Source of the DNA: Octopus sinensis
Lineage: Eukaryota
Assembly (NCBI RefSeq): GCF_006345805.1
Contig: NW_021836126.1
Location: 310,001 to 374,000, forward strand
DNA length: 64,000 bases
Reading direction: 5' to 3'
The translations under genes and the position numbers were made by a program. Shown here in pieces: positions 12,565-24,118 of the stretch (positions are counted from its first letter, which is position 1; the number at the start of each line of letters is the position of its first letter). The notes beneath the pieces are model-generated. The model searched no databases. It saw only the letters and a program-made list of their open reading frames with translations, and had not been told where the DNA came from.

Positions 12565-14030
12565 CGGAGTCATAGACCAGGACAGTCACCTTCCCAGAAC
12601 TCACTCTTCAGTCACCTCTCAAGGTATGTGCTTGGAGGAGTGTATTTGCAGTCCCGCACATTCCGAGGGTGTTCTACCCCGTCAGATATTGTGTGTCCTG
12701 TGCCATTCACTCCATGTACGTGCGAGTACGTTCAAGGACTGAGCGTAGGAACAGAAACCCCGTCGTCCGAGGACTGGTTGTCTCATTTTTGTTATTTGCA
12801 GAGGACTACTCCTAATTACTTTTCTCATTATTTGTGTTTGCCTAGTAAATTTGGCTAAGTTTTTTATTATTGCTGTATTATTCATTCGTTTTCTTCATAT
12901 GTTAATTCTTTGAATCTACTGTATGACTACACTCGTATTTGGAGAAAGATCCTGCTATTTATTACTCTCACTGACTTCATCAAACATTTAATAGACTCTT
13001 TTCACAAACTTTTAAACAATTTGGAAGGTTCAATATTAGTTTGTTCAGAAACAAATTCGAGATATAGAGTGGAATTAATAAAATGAATTTGAATACAACA
13101 GGCATTTCTTCCTGATTGTTCGATACTGACAGAGATTGCAGTCTATTATAAGTAAACTAACCAACCATATGCTTCCTCGGTTCTTTGTACTTCCGGTGTA
13201 TTTAAATATAAGACTACTTTAACAAGAAAAAAACAAATACCACTTCTCTCGTTTGTAACCCTACAGTGAGAATATCTAGAACATTGTTGGCTGGAATCAT
13301 TAGTGAATATGCATATTTTCTAGCACACATGAATACAACATAGTAAGTAACTAGCTCGGCAGCTCGCTTCGCTCACCGCGACTTAGCTCCTGCGGAGGGC
13401 CTGTTTCATCAAACAACTATAAGTTTATGTAGATGTATAAAACTACCTGGTTTAATGTAACCCTATTCTATCGCCTGTTGATAAACGATGTTTGTCGTCC
13501 GTCCTTCCTTGGCATATATGAATAAATTTTCTCTTCTGCCTACCCTCGAGCATCCCACATACAGCTGTCCATGTGAAAAGCACTCACTCTCTAAAAATAA
13601 CCCAACTACCTTTAATGACTGTCCCTGGGCCTTGTTTATTGTCATTGCAAACTTTTTTTTCATTTTTTGTGGTTTATTTTTTTTTATATTTAATTTTTTC
13701 ATTTTTCCTTTGTAATTTCCTTTTTTTTCTTTTTTATTTTTTTGTTTTTACTGGCGGAAATGGGGCAGGGGGAGATGCGGCAGGCGGAAATGCGGCAGGC
13801 AAGAAAGCGACACACAAAAAAGCGACACACAAAAAAGATTTAATTAATTACCTATTAAGCTGACCGTTTTTCTTCAGCTTCGTTTTTCCTCCTTCGGTTA
13901 TCTATTTAAAAAATTATTTTTGAATAATAAAAAAGTTTAGGAAAAGAGGCATACCGAAAATAAATTCTATCTTTACGAAAAACTCAAGTAAATAGTTAAT
14001 ATTTTTACGCAAATTCTTCTGATTGCGCTG

Positions 14031-14336
14031 TCAATTGGTGGTAAATTGTGTTAATGATTGTGCTAATGTGGTTTCAACTATCAAAGTGTTTTTAAAAATC
14101 TGTTAATTGCACACTCTATTCAAGGTCGTGCGTCAATTGGTGGTAAATTGTGTTAATGATTGTGCTAATGTGGTTTCAACTATCAAAGTGTTTTTAAAAA
14201 TCTGTTAATTGCACACTCTATTCAAGGTCGTGCGTCAATTGGTGGTAAATTGTGTTAATGATTGTGCTAATGTGGTTTCAACTATCAAAGTGGTTTTTCA
14301 AAATCTGTTAATTGCACACTCTATTCAAAGTCGTGC
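14031..14336. repeat. 102-bp tandem repeat x3 inside the Helitron
   Basis: tcaattggtggtaaattg restarts at 14031, 14133 and 14235. Confidence 0.95.
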
Positions 14337-14558
14337 AATCTGTGATTGCACATTCTGTCAAAGTCAAATATGATAATAGCTTTAATTTTGATTCATGGTC
14401 GATAATGATATATGCAATTAATTTTAAAGAGAAAAACATAGGATGAATTGAATTTCTTTATCGCGAATAATTGGGAGTTCATCATTGTTAATATTCTCGC
14501 TGTCGTTTTCATCAAGGATATTCTTAATACGTGAGATTTTTGCCTGAAGGTTTTAATG

Positions 14559-15538
14559 GACCTCATCATGAATGTCGAGGACATTCGCGTTGTTCATTTT
14601 AATCAAAATGCAGAAAATAATTTTTTGATTTTTTGGGGGGAAGGTTTTAAGGACTTCATCATGTAAGTCGAGGACATTGTAGTTGTTCATTTTAACCAAA
14701 ATGCAGAAAATTTTTTTTTAATTTTTTTTGGGGGGGAAGGTTTTAAGGACTTCATCATGTAAGTCGAGGACATTGTAGTTGTTCATTTTAACCAAAATGC
14801 AGAAAATTTTTTTTTAATTTTTTTTGGGGGGAAGGTTTTAAGGACTTCATCATGTAAGTCGAGGACATTGTAGTTGTTCATTTTAACCAAAATGCAGAAA
14901 ATTTTTTTTTAATTTTTTTGGGGGGGAAGGTTTTAAGGACTTCATCATGTAAGTCGAGGACATTGTAGTTGTTCATTTTAACCAAAATGCAGAAAATTTT
15001 TTTTTAATTTTTTTTGGGGGGAAGGTTTTAAGGACTTCATCATGTAAGTCGAGGACATCGTAGTTGTTCATTTTAACCAAAATGCAGAAAATTTTTTTTT
15101 AATTTTTTTGGGGGGGAAGGTTTTAAGGACTTCATCATGTAAGTCGAGGACATTGTAGTTGTTCATTTTAACCAAAATGCAGAAAATTTTTTTTTAATTT
15201 TTTTTGGGGGGAAGGTTTTAAGGACTTCATCATGTAAGTCGAGGACATCGTAGTTGTTCATTTTAACCAAAATGCAGAAAATTTTTTTTAATTTTTTTGG
15301 GGGGGAAGGTTTTAAGGACTTCATCATGTAAGTCGAGGACATCGTAGTTGTTCATTTTAACCAAAATGCAGAAAATTTTTTTTTAATTTTTTTGGGGGGG
15401 AAGGTTTTAAGGACCTCATCATGTAAGTCGAGGACATCGTAGTTGTTCATTTTAACCAAAATGCAGAAAATTTTTTTTTTAATTTTTTTTTGGGGGGGAA
15501 GGTTTTAAGGACCTCATCATGTAAGTCGAGGACATCGT
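14559..15538. repeat. About 95-bp tandem repeat, roughly 10 copies, inside the Helitron
   Basis: ggac(t/c)tcatcatg restarts at 14559, 14651, 14747, 14842, 14937, 15032, 15127, 15222, 15316, 15411 and 15509. Units differ mainly in poly-T and poly-G run length. Confidence 0.95.
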
Positions 15539-15561
15539 ATTGCCAATTTGAAGTTGGTGTG

Positions 15562-15613
15562 CACACACAGACAGACAGACACACAGACAGACAGACACAC
15601 AGACAGACACACA
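15562..15613. repeat. Compound (AC)/(ACAG) microsatellite
   Basis: cacacacagacagacagacacacagacag... is read directly. Confidence 0.95.
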
Positions 15614-15638
15614 CCATACCATTTTATTATTTATTAAA

Positions 15639-17462
15639 TTTTTTTTTTATATGTAATTAACAAATAGTTATTAACTAACTAAATTCCCGGCATCGTAAAT
15701 GGAAACACAGTTTCCACGTACTATGGCCAAGGAAATCCTTTCGAAAAGCCACTTGGACTCGCGTGGGTCTCCCCGTTTATGGGAGATCATGCGGCCAAGC
15801 TTTTTTAGAAAGGAAAGAGACTTTTCGCCGATGACGCCGGAAGTCTCGACGGCGATGGGAGTGAACAGATACCGTTCAGAGAGCTCCTTGTACTTTCCAA
15901 TCTTCATCTTCTCGGTTTTGCGAGAGACTGAGCCAGGCTCGACAGCTGAAGAAGGAAGGTTGAGCTCCGAGAAAGTGTCTGAACACGTCGCATCCCATAA
16001 CAGAGACTTGCCGAACTCAAACGGGAAAGTCGATAGGCCGTCGGGTCTTTTTCCGTCTCCCCTCGCAAGTCCGACGGGTTCGAGGATTGATGGGATCCCA
16101 GCGGCCGTGAGCCCCCTCTGAATAACGTCGTTAAGTGCTGCATGGCGTGGTGCGCGCCCTGCGAAAAACATTAATCTGCGGAAAACATTACCCACGGCGA
16201 TCGGCCTGACCCCGTTATCTTTTTTGCCCAAAGCAGTGAGATTAGCCGAGAAGAAAATCGCCCGGGCAAAATCCGGTAAATTCCCACCGATAAGACGGTT
16301 ACAGAGATTGGTGATAGATTCCAAGAGGAGACGCCCTGCCTCAGCAGTAAGAGGTGAAGTCAAGTCTTTAATGTGTCCGGGCTTCAGCCCATCTATACCC
16401 CCACTGCTGCTTGGGGAAAAACTTTTCAGTGCCTTCTCAACCTGTGAAGCGGTAACCAGCAGTTGCGGAAGGGCGGTCGTATCGACAGCGGGTTGGGTGC
16501 GGGAGTTTACTGGAGGACTGGGGTGCTTGGATCTCAAATTAGACAATGCGGAGGGAGATGGGGACAAAAGCCGGTTAGAGGAGGCAACAAGTCTGACAGC
16601 TCCGCGGACGTCGCCGTCCAACAGCTTGCTGTTCACCTTACGACGGAGGTAAATGCAATCGGAGGAAGTTTTAGTGTTAACCACAGAAGGGGCGACACAT
16701 TTGTGAGAGTCAGAGTGGAGGGAATCGAACTGGGAGGGAAACAGAGAAGTACAATGATCGAATAGGGCGAGTTGCTGTTTAATAATCGATGCGGGAGAAA
16801 GTTTTTTAGACTCGCTGTCGGGCCGGGAGGGTTGGATCCCAATACCGAAAACAGCAAAACCAAAAAGGAGTAACCAGTCAGACTGGTCATTAGATGACAA
16901 AGCGCGGTTTATAGCTGTGGACAAAGAGAGAGCAGCTTGAATCCTCGCTGCCTTCGGTATCCGTGCCGGAATTTTGCGGTTACAGCGAGAAGAATAGATG
17001 AATCTTAAAGCATCTTCGGCTGACGGAGATAAACTTTCAGCAGGGATTTCCGGCGGACTGTTGGCCGGGACCGGCCTGCAAGAACGACAAACAGGGCAGT
17101 TCCAGGTTATGAGAGAAGCTGAAACGCGCCTGGAAAGTCGAACACACGAAAGGTGGAAGAAACTGTTGCAGCCAGAACAGTATCTACCTTTCTTCCGATC
17201 GTTGCTAGTTTTGCACGAAGAGCAAATAGCCATCGTAGGAAAGAAATAGAAAAGAAAGATGGAAATGTATAAAAAAGAAATAGAAAAGAAAGAAGAAAGA
17301 AGGACAGAAAGAAATGAAATAAAGAAATGGAAGAGATAGAAGGACAAATAAAATGAAAGAAAAAGAAATGATAGATGGAGAGATAAAATGAAAGAAAAAG
17401 ATAAGATAGGTTGACAAATATACTGAAAAAGTGCACCACAACAACAACGTGCAACGTGCAAA
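15639..17462 (-). mobile_element. CRE-like retrotransposon with PHD finger, internally deleted, poly(A)-tailed
   Basis: Has a pyrimidine-rich 5' UTR, a single ORF, and an A10 tail at 15639-15648. Confidence 0.85.
15671..17233 (-). CDS. 520-aa PHD + CRE N-terminal region + RLE endonuclease ORF lacking the RT core
   Basis: MAICSSC..CSGC..HLSC..WNCPVC (C4HC3), GGIDGLKPGHI, RPIAVGNVFRRL joined directly to RHAALND..GKRPDG..WDATC..KIGKY..PIAVETSG..ISLAIVRGN. The upstream 76 codons of the track ORF are low-complexity UTR. Confidence 0.8.
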   Translation of the reverse strand: MAICSSCKTSNDRKKGRYCSGCNSFFHLSCVRLSRRVSASLITWNCPVCRSCRPVPANSPPEIPAESLSPSAEDALRFIYSSRCNRKIPARIPKAARIQAALSLSTAINRALSSNDQSDWLLLFGFAVFGIGIQPSRPDSESKKLSPASIIKQQLALFDHCTSLFPSQFDSLHSDSHKCVAPSVVNTKTSSDCIYLRRKVNSKLLDGDVRGAVRLVASSNRLLSPSPSALSNLRSKHPSPPVNSRTQPAVDTTALPQLLVTASQVEKALKSFSPSSSGGIDGLKPGHIKDLTSPLTAEAGRLLLESITNLCNRLIGGNLPDFARAIFFSANLTALGKKDNGVRPIAVGNVFRRLMFFAGRAPRHAALNDVIQRGLTAAGIPSILEPVGLARGDGKRPDGLSTFPFEFGKSLLWDATCSDTFSELNLPSSAVEPGSVSRKTEKMKIGKYKELSERYLFTPIAVETSGVIGEKSLSFLKKLGRMISHKRGDPRESKWLFERISLAIVRGNCVSIYDAGNLVS

Positions 17463-18239
17463 ATATTAAGATTAAAAATACTTATAGGGTATTTTATTAT
17501 TAAGATTAAAAATACTTATAGGGTAGCGTACGACTCATTGTGAGTGACTGAAAGGGACATTTGGTGCCATTGTACTGTAAGGTTAAAATAATATTTTTAC
17601 AGAGATTCTAAACTGAGTAGATCTCTAAATGCGTTTATTGTCACGAAACTCACGTTTCCGCAGTAAAGCAGACGTGGAATATTTCAAAATATTTAAATGT
17701 ACATATTGGGTAATTCAACTCATCAAACGAGTTTTCTCCGCAACGCGTTTTCATCACAGAAACTAGTATTAATGTTTATTACAATTCTATTAATTCGGCT
17801 AAATTCCAGAATACCGCTCCATTGGAAAAGTCGACGATTAATTTTAGATCTACATTTTCTCCTCTCAATTTATTCACTCAAATTGCTAATTTAACACAAG
17901 CAATTCTCAAAAAACTTTTTTGAGACACAAAGATACAAAAAGTAAAAAACGCTGATGAATTACAATTAAACGTCATATTTACTGACAGACGATAAAAATG
18001 TTTGGTGTGTTCGGCTGTTCACTAAAACCTTTCTAAACCCATTAGTAGATGTCAGTGACAGGGAATGCAGGTTAGTTGGTGTAAATGACATTTCTGTCAA
18101 TATTGGTTTTTATTCACAAAGATGACTGCTCGTAACCCACTATATTATTGTAGAAAGGCCCATGAATTTAATTTCCTTATTAAGTGGACAACTTATCATG
18201 TTTGTGTGGTCAGAAAGCGTAGACTGATAAACAATACTC

Positions 18240-19372
18240 TCTATTGTACTTATTATGTGCAATACCACTCAGAATGCGCTCTCTCTCCATTTGTGACTTG
18301 TCCCCGTGAATAGAGGCCGACCTGTAGCCGAGGTGATTAATATTCCACGACACTTCATCCGATTTCCTTTTGGTCTCACAGAACACGAGTGTCTTGTTTT
18401 GCTTCTCTTCCATTATACTCCTGAGAATAGACTGGAACCTGACAAATGAACAACTCGACTGACCGTTCGTCACGATTATAGTCGTTCACCACTTCCACAA
18501 CCTGCGTAATATTGTGGTTGGAACAAATGTCGGGGTTTCCGATCGTGATGTGGTGGTACCGACTTTGGTACCGACAAGTCGATGCACTGCTTTCGGCAAC
18601 GTCGTAGAAAACATCAACAAACGACGATCAGGCTAAACAATCAATCAACCACACAACCCGAATAATAATTCGGATTTAAGGTTCGAAACCGAGGTCTAAC
18701 ATTCGGTCAGCCTCTTCCATGATGAGTAGAAAACACCTTTTCGACAAATCCACAATATCCTGTTCAAGAAAGTCAATCAGAGGCCCAGGAGTGGCCATAA
18801 TTATTTGTGCCCCTAACTCAGTCCATAAACCCTCACGGACTTCCCTGATCTGCCTCCTTCTTTCTGCCCCTCCATACACACAGACCACCTTGTAGCCCAT
18901 CATCAAATCATTGGAGACAGCCTGCACTTGCTGAGCCAATTCCCTGGTCGGCACCAACACCAGAACCTTGAAATACTACACAACGATTGGACCGTCGCCT
19001 CTCCGGACAGGGGACATGCTAGCAATATGATCCATGGCGGGAATCAAAAACTAAAGAAAGTCACCGAGGGAATGAAACAGCCAATGTCTTCCCCGACCCA
19101 GTCTGTGCTATCCCAACCATATTGTTTTTTATTAGCATTAGAGTTGGGCCCCACTCTTCTCATCGTGGAAATCTTGACGCATTTGACTCTTTTATTGTAC
19201 TGTTCTCTGCGATGACAACGACCAATCTTTCGACGTCTCTTCTCTGTCTTGGGAATCTAGAAATGAACAATTGCTGTCCACTTTGGGAGTCCGATTCCGC
19301 ACTTTGCCGACGTGCATGAGCGATCCGTGCTGACGACCTGTCATCTACACAACATTCAGACCTCCATGACAC
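18240..19372 (-). pseudogene. DDX5: DDX5/DDX17 (p68/Dbp2) DEAD-box helicase copy, truncated
   Basis: GIAQTGSGKTLA, GDGPI, PTRELAQQV, EADRMLDLGFEP*IR, NHNITQVV, FCETKRK, IHGDKSQMERE. Has 18-28 nt introns, frameshifts, and no motifs V-VI. Confidence 0.85.
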
Positions 19373-19486
19373 TTTATTCTCTTTTGATTTGAAATAAATT
19401 TAAATTCAATCAAAAAAAAAGTCTTTAAATCGAAAAATGTTTGTTGAGAAATGAGGTTTTGCTGTTTTAAAAAAAATTTCAAATTA

Positions 19487-19660
19487 GACGGAAAAACAAA
19501 AAAAGTGTTCCTTGATAAAATCACAAGCCGAATCACAAAGCTTTGCTATGGCCTAAACGAGCGAATTTATTTTTCAATATGCTCAGGTAACGCTCAAAGT
19601 GGTCAATGGCCTCTACTCCGGTGTAAAAATCAAAGAACTTAACAATCTGGCTGCAGATTT
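19487..19660 (+). pseudogene. RRM1: Ribonucleotide reductase large subunit ATP-cone fragment
   Basis: DGKTKKVFLDKITSRITKLCYGLN..AQVTLKVVNGLYSGV..ELNNLAA, then the similarity stops. Confidence 0.75.
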
Positions 19661-20227
19661 TCAGTCACAATATTATCTAGAAATGTTTTAGATCCGGCGG
19701 ATCAGTTTTACCGTTATATCCACAAGGAGACATCGAGACCATACCCCCTTGTGTATAAAAATCTATATAATATAGTCCAAATCCATAAACAAGTTTATGA
19801 TTGATTTCATTAAAATAGACTATTAACGACGCAATCAAAAAATTTTTGAACTTCAATATCATGTGGTGTTTTATAAGATTATTCACCAATGACTATTAAA
19901 TTTAGTCTGTCGGAAAAACATTTTCGTTAGAGAACATTCGAAATCCGAATTATAGAAATTACATATACCGTGAATCCATTTAGTTTTTTTACATAAAAGT
20001 GATTTTCCATTTTCAATTCTAATAACGAAGGGTGAAATTCGATTTTCAAAAAATATGATCATTGTTTGGAAGCTTAGTCGAAAAAAAATGATTTGGTGAT
20101 GAAAATAGGTTATTATACTTTTCAAAAAACATCAAAATACTTTAAATTCTTCGAACTATTTTTATGTTTTTGGAATTATGTGCACAAAAATCTTTATAAA
20201 CAAATTTTCTTAGCGCCCCAGTAGAAA

Positions 20228-20698
20228 ATGTCATCAGAAAATGGTGAAACGTCGGAATCCAAATCAGATGAATCTTTTCGACAACAAAGGTATTTTTTAA
20301 TCAAAAATAGCGAATTGTCTTCGAGTACCTCCAATTCTTACGACTCTTTTGACGGATATGAAGTCAAATCTCAAGAATCTCCCACTGAGGAAAGGGAAAA
20401 TAGTAAATCACCGATGAGCTCTGATTCCTCAAACGTTGAACAAGAGAATTCCGGAATCTGTTGTTCTTGTAATCGTATTTACAACGAGAAACAACGACAG
20501 CCACTAATCTTACCCAAATGTAGACATACAATATGCAGAAGATGCATTGTCAAACAACTTAGTGTTACAGGGTGGACAATTAAATGCTCCTTTTGTGAGA
20601 AAAAAACAGAACTTCCCCTCCAGAATCGTTTATCGGTTCTCAGATTAAATAAATTGGCTCTTCAACTTTCTATTATTAAGAAAAACACCGACTTTTAA
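20228..20698 (+). CDS. RING-HC finger protein with Ser/Glu-rich N-terminus
   Basis: CCSC..LPKCRHTICRRC..CSFC. A probable in-frame 21-nt intron lies at 20290-20310. Confidence 0.7.
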   Translation: MSSENGETSESKSDESFRQQRYFLIKNSELSSSTSNSYDSFDGYEVKSQESPTEERENSKSPMSSDSSNVEQENSGICCSCNRIYNEKQRQPLILPKCRHTICRRCIVKQLSVTGWTIKCSFCEKKTELPLQNRLSVLRLNKLALQLSIIKKNTDF

Positions 20699-21769
20699 AT
20701 CTAACTTTAATCAATGTCTAACAAAAATTAATAATTTATTATATCGCTATTTTTCATTGGCTATCATGTGACCAACGATCGGTTAATCTGAGGGCCCTTT
20801 GTTGGGCCTCCTCGATTCGCCTCCTGTTGGACCACGATAGCCGCGGACCCCATGATCCGCAAGCGTAGGCAATACAAGGTTCGAAGAATACATTGATTCA
20901 ATACATTTTTCTCATTAAAATGTTTAAAAAACACAATTTCCTCAAATCCATATTTCCTCTTATGAATGTAAATTCCATTTCCAGCCGATACAGGGATGCT
21001 CTTGGGTGTCCCAATGTAATATGGAGTCCTGGTCTTGAGCGTCCTGAACAGATAAATATACAACGCGAAAGTTAAAATTATTCTCATTCTTGTTTGTTTC
21101 CTCGTCTTGATAAATTTAGGCCATTATTATGTTACTATTCTTCTATTTTTGCAATATGAGATTTTACTTTTTTCTAACATACTATTGCTTATTTATTCCT
21201 GAGTCAAGTATCATAATATCGTCAGCATAAATAATCATTTTGGTGTTTTTACTCTCAATTTTTGGCATCTCTCCAATTGTAAAAAACCCCAAAAAATTAT
21301 AGAAATAACTTAAGTTGTAAGCATGTCATTATTTCCATAACTTGACGCATCGTATCTGTAAATATCATTTAGAAATGTATCTACTTAAAAAATCATCATT
21401 TTTTAAAAATGTCACTCACGGAAAGAATGCCTCCATTTTGTTTGCAATGCGTTTTTGTTTGAAAATATTTTTTTTCCGCTGTTACATATGTATAACATGC
21501 ATAATTAAAACATTCTATTAATTTTATAATGTATTTATAATAATACTGGGAACTGACATTCGGTCGAGTGACCAAAGTAATAATACAGCAGTTAAAAGGA
21601 TTCCACAATAATTGTTAAGGCATCTAAATAACAAGTATTTAGGAATAAAGAATTTTATGGAAATTAAAAAACTGATTCGACGATGAACAATCTAATTCAA
21701 ATATATTCTTTTGTCAGATATACAAAGTTTAGGAAATTGATATAATTTTAAACTTTCGGGTCTTTTTGA

Positions 21770-21990
21770 GCTCTTTTTGTCTTTTCTGCAGGTTTTTAGC
21801 TGCTATAGATTTCAAGAAATGTGTCTTGAGTCTGTTTATATCGTATCGTCGACAAAAATACATATGAATCTATCAACGTACTCCGTTATGTCTTCGCACG
21901 TAATCACTATTGACCATTCGATCACAGTTTGTATTCAAATCGTTTACGTTTTTTGCTCGACTGTTTGTAAAATAAAATAGCAAATAGTCT
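21770..21990 (-). mobile_element. R4-like C-terminal (RLE region) fragment
   Basis: CDRM..SDYVRRHNGVR..IHMYFCRRY resembles the HLATKC..RHNEV segment of the 28228 ORF. Confidence 0.55.
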
Positions 21991-22344
21991 ACGATTTTTG
22001 ATTAAATTGTCTTAATTACAATATAAATAATTGTTCAGCCTATTTCATTCTATTAAAGAGTATAATAACTTTAAACGGAATGAAAGTAAAATACATTTTA
22101 TAATTTTTAAATATTATGAAAGTAATGAAAAAAAAATATCAAGCTTGAATTATAAGCTTGACTGAAATTAAATCAAAGAAGGGTATTTAAAAAACGGTTT
22201 ATTTTTTCAAAAATAAATTTTGTTTGTATTAATGAATATTTAAATATATTTATATGAGATTTTCATTTTTTTATAACGTGAGATGTAATCGGTTTTTTGT
22301 TGAGTGGGATAAAGGTTTTTATATAAAAAAAGGTATATTAATAG

Positions 22345-23631
22345 ATGCCTAAATCAAAAAAATCTAATGAATTCAAACTCTCTAAAATATTAAATAAATA
22401 TCCGTACGAATTTACGAGAAGTACTAATGGGGGACTTAATTGCAAGTTCTGTTGTGTTCCGCAAATTGGTGTATGATAAATATCTTCTAAATTTTGAACG
22501 AATAAAAAATCTTATTTTAAATTTGAAAATATTTTTGATTGTTGATGAAACCCAAATTTCAAATAATAAATTTGTGAATGTTTTGGGGAGACTATTTGTA
22601 ATCCATCGAAAATTTATCTATTAAATTGCATTTCTGTTGAAATATGTAATGCTTCAGTTATTTTCCAGATAATCGATGAAACTTTAAAGGATTTTAACGT
22701 CAAACGATTTAATTTTGTTTTATGGTTATCGACGCTGCATCATACATGATATCTGCTCCAGAAACATTGTCAATTATGTATAACAATGTTATACACATCA
22801 CTTGTTTTGCTCATCTTTTACATAATTGTGCCTTAAAAATTAGTACACACTATGGGGATATTAATAATCTGATTGCCACGATGAAAATTGCATTGCTCAA
22901 AAAAAATCTTGAAGAGATCTTTTTGACAATATAGAATTACCACCTGAAGTAATAATTACAAGATGGGGAACTTGGCTTAGTGCAGCCTTTTACTACTCGA
23001 AAAACATGCATACAGTTCGCACTATAGTTTCTGGTCCTGAATTTAACAAAAAAGGGAAAATCTTAGATAAAGTAAAAACTGCTTTAGATTTAATTAATTT
23101 GGAAAGAAACCTTGCATTGATAAAATCGTGTTATAGTGACATATTAGATGGATTACATCAATGCCAAGAAACTTTTTTTACCATTGAGGATGCCGTTAAA
23201 TTTATTAATGTGATAAATTTTGGGGATGATCTATGGGGAATATCTAAATATTTCCGTAAAAGAATAGATAAAAATCGATTAAAAGAAATTTATACTGCTA
23301 AGATTGATAATTGTTCACCAGAAATTTGTTCGATATTATGGAAATGTCCAGCAACAACTATTTCCATTGAAAGAAGTTTTTCTATGCTTCAAAAGATGTT
23401 GGAGAAGGATAGAAACTTTAAAAATGATAACATTAAATATTACTTTTCGTTATATTGCAATAAATTTGAGTGATTAGTTCGAAATATAAGTCTTATTAAA
23501 ACTTTATTAATACATAAAATAAAAATTTATTAGGTCATATTATGGGCATATATTTTTTCGTTTAAGGTCATATAAGTCATATTTTATCGGTCATATTTGA
23601 AATTTTTTAGGTCATATTTGCGGTTGCCCTA
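22345..23631 (+). mobile_element. hAT-like (CGGBP1/DUF659-type) transposase remnant 1 with right end
   Basis: FLIVDET, DAASYM, HITCFAHLLHNC, PPEVIITRWGTWL, SIERSFS. Subterminal ggtcatatt repeats end in gcggttgcccta at 23631. Confidence 0.8.
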
Positions 23632-23881
23632 CTCATAATATGTATAAAATTAATGACAAATTACAATTCATAAAAAATATATCTAATGTACAAAACAAAA
23701 GTTTTGAACAATTAAAATATATTTTGTTTAATAAAACTTAGGAAATTGAAAAAATTTACTTCAGTCATAAAATTTTGATATTTTCAAAATAAAGTGATAC
23801 TATTAATAAAAATGTTAGATTGAAACAAAATCTTCTCACGCGTTGAATATTATAAATAGCAAAAAATGAAGAAAAGCAGAA

Positions 23882-24118
23882 ATGGAGCAAAGAATTCCAA
23901 CCCCGGAAAATAATGAGAACAACGACAATTTTGAGAATGACTTAGTTGAAATTATCGACATCATATCTACACTTGAAGAGTTAAACCAATGGCTAAACGA
24001 AGAGGAGCTGACAATGGATGATATAAATGTGATCTACATAATTGAACAGTTTATACAATTTTTGTCGGAGCGATGTGATGTTATTAGAAATCGATTCAGA
24101 AACGGAAACAATAATTAG
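23882..24118 (+). CDS. Orphan small acidic protein, paralog A (78 aa)
   Basis: TATAAATA at 23851, intact ORF, AATAAA-containing 3' region; similar to the 25964 ORF. Confidence 0.65.
   Translation: MEQRIPTPENNENNDNFENDLVEIIDIISTLEELNQWLNEEELTMDDINVIYIIEQFIQFLSERCDVIRNRFRNGNNN

Larger units (their letters stand above)
13351..15638 (-). mobile_element. Non-autonomous Helitron derivative
   Basis: The 3' end has a GCGAAGC-containing hairpin and CTAG followed by T at 13351. It retains a Pif1 helicase C-terminus (FAMTINKAQGQSL..FSHGQLYVGCSRV..TTNIVY, 13463-13660). A (GTCT/GT)n microsatellite lies near the 5' end. Confidence 0.8.

Noticed and set aside
14630-15500. G-quadruplex array from G6-7 runs
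   Set aside because: There is only one G-run per 95-bp unit, too widely spaced for a standard intramolecular G4.
14559-15538. CRISPR-like array
   Set aside because: Units are contiguous and near-identical with no unique spacers, there are no cas genes, and the context is a eukaryotic Helitron.
17234-17461. Hydrophobic N-terminal extension of the 596-aa track ORF as a membrane anchor
   Set aside because: It is the T/C-rich 5' UTR read through by chance (Phe/Leu/Ser bias); the other two copies are not open in the same way.
20764-21087. G6PD-like C-terminal motif (PCIAYACGSWGP)
   Set aside because: The match is too short and has no supporting upstream motifs.
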